A stretch of DNA of 57,053 nucleotides, the filler included, from Sphacelaria rigidula (Eukaryota): the NCBI GenBank assembly GCA_964200075.2. It is 8 parts of 8 records of this genome, joined end to end, with 100 filler letters (N's around TTAATTAATTAA, not from the genome) between each part and the next. Parts side by side here need not be neighbours in the genome. Positions count along the whole stretch, not along the records: positions 50,011 to 57,053 come from CAXNAA020016790.1; 7 more parts are not named here. One strand, given 5' to 3'. Positions 50,140 through 57,053 of this stretch are shown here, piece after piece; within the stretch, counting starts at the first letter, position 1, and each line of letters opens with the position of its first letter. A program made the translations under genes and the position numbers. Below the pieces are notes generated by a model. It was not told the origin of the DNA, ran no database searches, and saw only the letters and a list, made by a program, of their open reading frames with translations.

Positions 50140-50596
50140 TCAGTGGTCCCTTCTCCTCGTCGACTATGAAGTCGATTGCTGTGTACTCACATTAGTCGCT
50201 GTCCACGGTTAGGCATGCATGGTGTGAAGAAAGAATCCACGGTTAGGACAAATCATCACGACTACCAATCACCGAATCCACGATTTCTTCGGCCTGATTG
50301 CCCCAAAAGGGAGAAAAAAAAGTCGACCGCTGGTCCAAGGGGGTATCCACGCAGCTTTTGCACCATTTCACTTGTCTGGGCTGCGTGTACCTGGGATGCA
50401 ACGCCGAAAACAAAGCCTAGGGATCAATTGATTCGTACGATTCGAATCATCGATACTAAAACCAAGTGATTTCCAGACGAATCATTGATTAGTCCGACCC
50501 TTGAAAGAATCCCAGATCGTGTAACTCGACAGAGATTCGAACCCACATCCCAACCGTCAGATGCTTTTGAGGTTAGCAACTGAGCCACCCGGGCGG
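50140..50596 (-). mobile_element. Second tRNA-headed SINE-like element, interrupted by a hAT MITE (3' boundary approximate)
   Basis: Minus-strand head with A-box TGGCTCAGTTG and B-box GGTTCGAATCT; no complete cloverleaf. Confidence 0.55.
50238..50503. mobile_element. hAT-type MITE (266 bp, 8-bp TSD AAAGAATC)
   Basis: Imperfect TIRs CACGGTTAGGACAAATCA / TGATTAGTCCGACCCTTG; AAAGAATC at 50230-50237 and 50504-50511; second copy at 56277-56538. Confidence 0.85.
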
Positions 50597-50916
50597 TTGC
50601 TAGTACATGAAGTATTTTTAACCCTTGAAGAGCGTAAACAGTGTTTCCTGGAATGGCGAGGTTAACCCTTGGGAATCCCTCCCGTTCGGTCCCCGGGCCA
50701 GACGCCTCCTTATTTGAGGCTAGTTAACCGGCGTTGGAGCTACAAATGTCCATGGTTGACACAATTTGACAAGTACAGTCGTGCCCGCTTTTAAGACGCT
50801 CATCTCAACTCAGCTCCCCGCTGCAAAGACGTTTTTCTTCTTCTCGTGAAGCAAGGTGCCCCACAGATATACAATTTATGTAGGCGGGTATCAATTATAC
50901 TCCACGCCCCCCCCCC

Positions 50917-50952
<36 letters not shown>

Positions 50953-52441
50953 TGCCGCAGTCCACCCTTCGCGATGCATGGAAGTCTTAGTTTGGTGAGA
51001 GCAACTTTTTTCATGTCGGTGTCTCTGGTCCGTATTCGTATGTTTGTTGTTGTTTTCGGATATTTTCTGCTTCATGTATTTGTGTCTTGTCGGGCTCAGG
51101 TCGTTCTCTTTCGTCCCTTTTGGGTGCACAGCGTTTGACAGAAGGTGTACCGTATCAGTTGCAACAGCAGTGCGGTTTTTTTTTTTCAGATGTTGACGGT
51201 GTGTATGCATGTCTGGGAGATTTTCAACGCGAGATGCAACGAGAGGACAACACGACAAAACAATTGTAGTAGCAAACAAAAACAACAGAACTAGCGACCA
51301 CAGCAAAACACCGCTGTCGTATGAAGACGTCGTTCGGCAACACCACTCCACTTCGTAGTACAGCAGCACAGTTTGGGAGGTTGAGGAGAGGTCGACTGTC
51401 ACTACGAAGTTAAACTTTCGATCACCTGCAGCGGTGTGGTTGGTGATCACTATTTCGGCGATTTCGTGTCATGCTAGTATTCCTGCTGCAATGGCGCGTC
51501 TTTTGACGTAGATTACGTTTCCGTTGACCCCGGGGAAGGAGTTACCGTCCCCGGAATCTAAAAGACGATTCCCCGTCTTGAAGACGCTCTGAAAACAACA
51601 AAAAACATGTGCGTCTTTCAAGCGGGGACGACTGTATCGCTACCCCTAACCGTAACCCCAACCCAACGCATACTGAGAACCCTCGGGCAAGGGCGATACA
51701 AAGCATTCTCTAGGCAAAGTGCGGCCTTGGTAAAGACCCCAAATCGGCGCCTGGCGCCTGTGGCGCCGATTTCACCGAACACGCGTTCTGCGCACGCGAG
51801 GAGCACACGGGACTATCAGCTCTACTGAAGATCCGATTCTCGTCATGGGTATATATACTCGAAATCAAGCAATGTATCAACCATGGACATTTGTAGCCCA
51901 ACGCCCGTGAACTCTGCTGCATTATTTCAAGCCCTGACCAAGGAGAAGAAATGGAAACAGAAAAAAAAACGACAGCAACCAGATATTCACAGCGAAATGT
52001 TACAGAAAAATCCACCAACCTACATACGTCATGCGCGCACCAATAATGTTGCCCCAGTGCGGTCGGAATAGTCTTGTTCAGTGAGGAGACGCAACGGGTC
52101 AAGTTTGTGTAACTCTGTGCACACAGCCAAAATGAGCAATTGCGCGCCTGAAGTATATATATATATATATACAAACATAAATCGGCACCGCCTGTCTACT
52201 TTCTATTTTCTGGGTCCCGTGGTGCAGTGGGGCACATTTACATACGGGTCTGAAAAACACGCCTCGGGCTTATAGTTTTGCGTGAACGCTGTAAAAAATC
52301 AGCCATAGGTCATATAAAAAACAGCACCTCGAAATCCGCATTTTTCCATCGCCAGTGCAGAAAGAGTTATATAATACAAATAGCCAAGTCTTCAAGGAGG
52401 TGTTGGGTAGGGTATTTATTCCCCACGTTTCTTCTTTTTAA

Positions 52442-52562
52442 CCCTTTTGGAACTCATTGACAATTTTCATTTGTTGTGAATCGTGATCATTTTCAGTCAT
52501 TTTCAAGTTAAAAAATGATGCCGATTCACGAAAACAAAAATCGTCAGTGGGTTCCAAGAGGG
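52442..52562. mobile_element. piggyBac-type MITE (121 bp, TTAA TSD)
   Basis: TTAA-CCCTTTTGGAACTCATTGACAATTTT ... AAAATCGTCAGTGGGTTCCAAGAGGG-TTAA; partial relative near 13660-13735. Confidence 0.8.
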
Positions 52563-53028
52563 TTAAGTCATACTCCAATCACCCAAAACGGGGTTAGAGC
52601 ATTGAGATTTGTACTTTCAACAACAGCCGGATATTGGGCAGCGTATTGCCATCGTGTACCTACCTCTACCCAATGTGTGGGTAGAGGTCGGAAATCGGAC
52701 CACCACAACGCAAAAACCGGGAGAGTAATTACCCGGGTATTCACACTACCCAATACAAAGTAGGTGGCTGAGTTTGTTGGACGTGGGTTTGACGCGGTGC
52801 GGGGGTGCTGAACCAATCCGCGATACCAAAATGCAAGGCGTGTACCGGGCAGAGATGGGTTGATCCCTTGAGACCACGGACTCGTCCTGAGGAAGGGGAG
52901 GGTTCAAAGTGCGACAAATGAATCATTGAAAAAAAAAATGATGAAAAAAAAATAGATACGCTCATGCAAGTCTTGAGAGCCTCTCGTCGATGCAATGTTT
53001 TCCTCGTGAATACGTGAATGCGTGGCAG

Positions 53029-55141
53029 CTCTACAATGACGACGCCGGCGGCAGCGCACGGTACAGAACCAGGACCTGCACAGGAGCAACCATTCCCTTC
53101 TGCTGCACCCCAGCACGCGCGAGCAGCAAGCGCTACTGCAGTCACGATCACCGCAAACCTCGACGCTGACCCTGCGCCCCTGTCTGGAACGGGTGCCATG
53201 TCGAGGGGTCAATCCGAACCAAGCGGTCGACAGGTGAGGGGCGAGGCGTTTTTGGTGATGATACATTTTATTATACTATTATACTGTAAAGGCTGTGAGG
53301 CCGCTCCTTATATCAGAACAGAATAGAATTGTGATGAGGTTCTTTTTTGGGAGTTTTTACGTCGTTTTACGCCCTAAAAGAGAGCTAGGCGGAGTTTGAC
53401 ACCTTGGAATGACTTGCTCTCCTAATTGAGGCAGTTCCAGGATATCTTGTCGTTTTCCGGGGCCGCAGTTTATATTTTGGGCAACCAAGAAGTTTTGTGG
53501 AGGAATGACCGAGTCAAGAGAAGTGTAGCGATTTTTTCTAGATTTGACCCTTCATGGACCAAACTTCTTGTGTGGCCAAAGTAAAAACTGCGGCCACCGC
53601 AGAACGGGAAGATGTCCTAGAACCGCCTCAACTAGTCGAGCAAGTCATTCCAAGGTGTCAAACTCCGCCTAGTATAGCTCTCTTTTAGGGCGTAAAACGA
53701 CGTGGAAGCTCCGAGAAAGCACTTGTCCAGATTTTATTTTGGACAACTGCCTAAATGAAGTATACCTTCTAGTTTTTTGCCCAAGAAAGGTAACGGAAAA
53801 TGGCCACAAACGCAAAAACAGCGAAACACGCCGTTTTGACCGTTTTCGCTCCGGATTTTTCACGCACATCATTCGGGGGGGGGGAGATTGGCACCCGGTG
53901 GGGCGTGCGTGCGTACAGTACTGTATCCGTTGCTTGGACCAACCATCGATGATGCGACAACGGCCCGTTGGTGACGGAAAAGCCTAGCTTGACCCTGACA
54001 CCAGCCCCGAGATGGCAACGGACTAATGGTGTTTCACAACCCGCCGCATCAATGTGGAATCTATCGTCTATTGAAATAGACGCGCTATAATAGTCTATAC
54101 TGTACGCAGTACACTTTTGGACGATGTAATGTATTGTCATTGTCCAGGGTGTGGTGTCAACCATGGATTTCGTTAGACGAGCTGGGGTAAAAACCGACCT
54201 GCTCGCTGCATGAGTTTGCTCCCTGAGACCTCGAAGCGCGTTTTGGTAAGCCTATCCACTCAAGAGCTGTACTCGTATCACACGTCAGCCTTTCGGATAT
54301 CACCCCTCTGTATGTAGCAAAAACGAGTGAGTAATCACCGATGGATGAGAGGGGGTATCCACGAAGTGGCGGCCAAGCGACGGACCCCATTACGAGACCC
54401 TCGTGCAAATGGTTCTGGATCTGAAAACCCTCTCCCCAGACAACAGTCAGTAGTGGTCGACGAAATGATATGCTTCCATTCCCTGTTCTGCTTGTCGGCG
54501 AGAGAGACGAGGAGAGATAATCATGTCACCTCACGTCACGCGCGCTGCTGGAATTTGTGTTCGTTTTTTGTTTTTATTGTGTCGGCTGTGAGTAAGTAAG
54601 CACTTTAGAGGGGGACGCGCGGAGGGGGGGGGGGGCGGGGTACTGATTCGTTGCTTGCCTTAGTCATTTGACCATTGACCATGCATCCCTTTCGAGGCGG
54701 AGAACCGTCCCTACTCTCTCATAGAGACACCTCCAACATTTTGGGCGCTTCATTACGTTTTATTTCTTTCGTACATGACACAAGAGCCTTCTACAGATCT
54801 TATCCCCCTTCCTGATTCGCCGTCTGTGGCCACCATCTGTCTCCAAGTGCAGCGATCGATTTCTCTCGCGACTGTCTAATGTACCGAACGATTTACATGC
54901 TACCTTCGTTTTCTTCCCGCGTTTCCCTCTTGGAACACTTTGGGGGGAGGGGTGGGGGGTCTCCTCAAGCGCAACTTTTTTATTATTTTACTTTCGTCGT
55001 GTTATTTCGAAACACTTATCCCTCCATCCATTCTTACGGTCGACTCGCTTGTCCTATTTTCGTCTTTCGTGGTTTCGTGGACAGATCGCCATCTTGAAAC
55101 AGAAGAGTAGGAAGAAGACCAAGTCGTCCGGCGGGCCAGAG
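53029..55141 (+). CDS. Probable internal exons of an unidentified gene (53029-53233, 55085-55141)
   Basis: CAG acceptors, strong GTGAG/GTAAGT donors and compatible phase 0: ...TTPAAAHGTEPGPAQEQP...SEPSGRQ / IAILKQKSRKKTKSSGGPE. No recognisable domain. Confidence 0.45.
53359..53703. mobile_element. Foldback (long-TIR) element, 345 bp
   Basis: Near-perfect outer arms ACGTCGTTTTACGCCCTAAAAGAGAGCTA...GGCGGAGTTTGACACCTTGGAATGACTTGCTC and their reverse complement; weaker pairing continues inward. Confidence 0.85.
54625..54745 (-). repeat. Single arm of the C-run-associated module
   Basis: Matches the left arm of 39595-39875, preceded by a G-run. Confidence 0.7.
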
Positions 55142-55378
55142 GTAAGTGGATCATGACCAAGACGTGCTGTGGGTGCTTCAGGATCTTTGTTCGGCCTTCA
55201 CGGGGTTGCGACTGCAAAGGGTGCTAATTACATACAAGATATGAGATGTTCGATTTAACGGTAATTCCCTGTTTTTTATTTCCTTTTTGCACTCTGTGAC
55301 CACGGGATCGAGAGATCGGGCTAGTGTGACGAACATAATAATAATAATGATGATAATGTCTGTCCCGGAACGTTGTCG

Positions 55379-55414
<36 letters not shown>

Positions 55415-55533
55415 CGCACAACACGCACCAAACAACACCCACACACAAAGAAGAAGGGGAGCCAGAGGCAGGGAGGAGGAGGAGTGNNNNNNNNNNAGAA
55501 ACACGACTTTATGAGAAGAGTGTTCCCCCCCCC

Positions 55534-55564
<31 letters not shown>

Positions 55565-56276
55565 AATGAGAGAAGTACAACAAACCAGGGTCATGATATT
55601 ACAGTAGCGTCGGCGAAATGTTGTCGGTGAAGGTGAAGTCAGGGTGAAGCTCACGGGGGAGGAGCTGACATGTGTGTGTGTGTGTGTAGGTATGAAAAAT
55701 GCCAAACGGAGATGTACTGAATTTTGCCCCGTCTTTTGTTCTCTCGTTGTCAAATGAAATCAGAACAAAAACTGTTCCGACAATGCTGTACGAGTCATGG
55801 GGGTGATTAGGCTCCTACTTATCATTAGAATTGTGAACTGGCTGTCAGTTTAACTGGCCAGTTACAGTTAACTGGTACAACTGGTTAACCGATCGGTTTT
55901 GTCACCAGTTGAACCAGGCATTTCACCCGACATATGTGTCATACTCCAAAGTGTTCTGTGTATATATGTGTTATACTGGAGTCAATATTTCTGAAGTATT
56001 GTACCACAATGACCGTGGGGACGCTGTTACAGACGCGAGTACATGACCGCACAGTGCACACACCTATAATAGATGTGAACACGAATAAAGCAGACAATAT
56101 ATTCTGATTTGAAAAAAAAAGGGATTGGGCACGGACAGTTGTTGATTGAGCGGCATTGAAGTGTGAAGCAAGATTGCGTTTCGTAGCGTTGTTGTGTGTG
56201 CTTTGCTTTTATTCTGTAGGCAACAAGCGTTTTAAGCAGGGCTGTGAACTGGCTGCTCTGGCCAGTTGAGTTTAAA

Positions 56277-56538
56277 CAGTTAGGACGAATCATCACGACT
56301 TCCAATCACCAAATCCACGATTTCTTCGGCCTGATTACCCAAAAGGGAGAAAAAAAAGTTGACCGCTGGTCCAAGGGGTATCCACGCAACTTTTACGCCA
56401 TTCCACCTGTCTGGGCTGCGTGTACCTGGGTTGCAACGCTGAAAACAAAGCCTAGGGATCAATCGATTCGTACGAGTCGACTCAATGGCACTAAAACCAA
56501 GTGATTTCCAGACGAATCACTGATTTGTCCGACCCTTG
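56277..56538. mobile_element. hAT-type MITE, second copy
   Basis: Close match to 50238-50503 along its length; left end slightly eroded and TSD not evident. Confidence 0.8.
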
Positions 56539-57053
56539 GATGTTTTGAACAGCCTGAGGTGTATTGGCGTCGTGAGATTAGGGGCCCCGAGCTTGGGGTC
56601 GCATTGCGCTGCGCTGAGGACCGACGCCCGGATGGGCAGGGTGACTCGTGTACAGCGTCTAGCTCGGGGACATTGTAGGAAATTTACTCCGTGAGGAAAA
56701 CCCTCCCTCCTAGTCCAAGACTACCTGGGTGGGGGGGGGGGCAATCACTCCCACCTTGGTGCCTACCCCTACATCCCATCGGGCTACCTAACCTTCGGGT
56801 TGGGTATGTGCGGCGGGGGGGAGTGCACTTGAATGCACTGGACGAAACTAGAAATAGCGAAGTAAAGTACATGGTGCAAGGAGGATCACAACTCTTCGAG
56901 CGAGGGGAGGGCATCCCTTGCGATCACGTGCAGCGATGATATGTTCGTTTTGTACGGGGTGGTATTTTTTGTGTATTGCTGGCAGGGGGAGTTTTTTTTT
57001 TGTGAAACAAGTGGGGGGAGGGGGGGGGTGTTTTTGTGAGTTTTTTGCCTTAA

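Noticed and set aside
50521-50596. tRNA gene
   Set aside because: A/B boxes without proper acceptor-stem pairing; better explained as a SINE head.
52741-53199. Minus-strand ORF with a signal-peptide-like start
   Set aside because: Its 3' part runs into a SINE fragment, and the plus strand has better splice signals. Not fully excluded.

Overview
Eukaryotic, repeat-rich DNA, most likely from a brown alga (Phaeophyceae). This is inferred from EsV-1-7 cysteine-rich repeat genes, short exons in long TE-filled GT-AG introns, and chromodomain Ty3/gypsy elements. The window is not one locus. It is eight contigs of 7045, 7045, 7044 (x5) and 7043 bp, joined by identical 100-bp N44-TTAATTAATTAA-N44 linkers, i.e. 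size-sorted unplaced contigs, so nothing should be linked across a linker. Host-like genes: an intronless ORF with 11 intact 38-aa C-x4-C-x16-C-x2-H (EsV-1-7) repeats (30793-32658, minus); three exons of a second, spliced EsV-1-7 gene (8459-11492); four exons of a nucleoredoxin/tryparedoxin-like protein whose visible Trx domain lacks the WCxxC motif (38217-42104); and two unassigned probable exons. Mobile DNA: a two-LTR, internally deleted chromodomain gypsy element (1447-6248), a decayed gypsy pol, a decayed hAT transposase, two tRNA-headed SINEs, hAT- and piggyBac-type MITEs, foldback elements, and two MITE families with GAC...GTC ends and 4-bp TSDs. The best candidate for an under-described system is the modular EsV-1-7 repeat array, where variation sits at a few positions and could form a repeat code. 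No rRNA, true tRNA or CRISPR array is supported.
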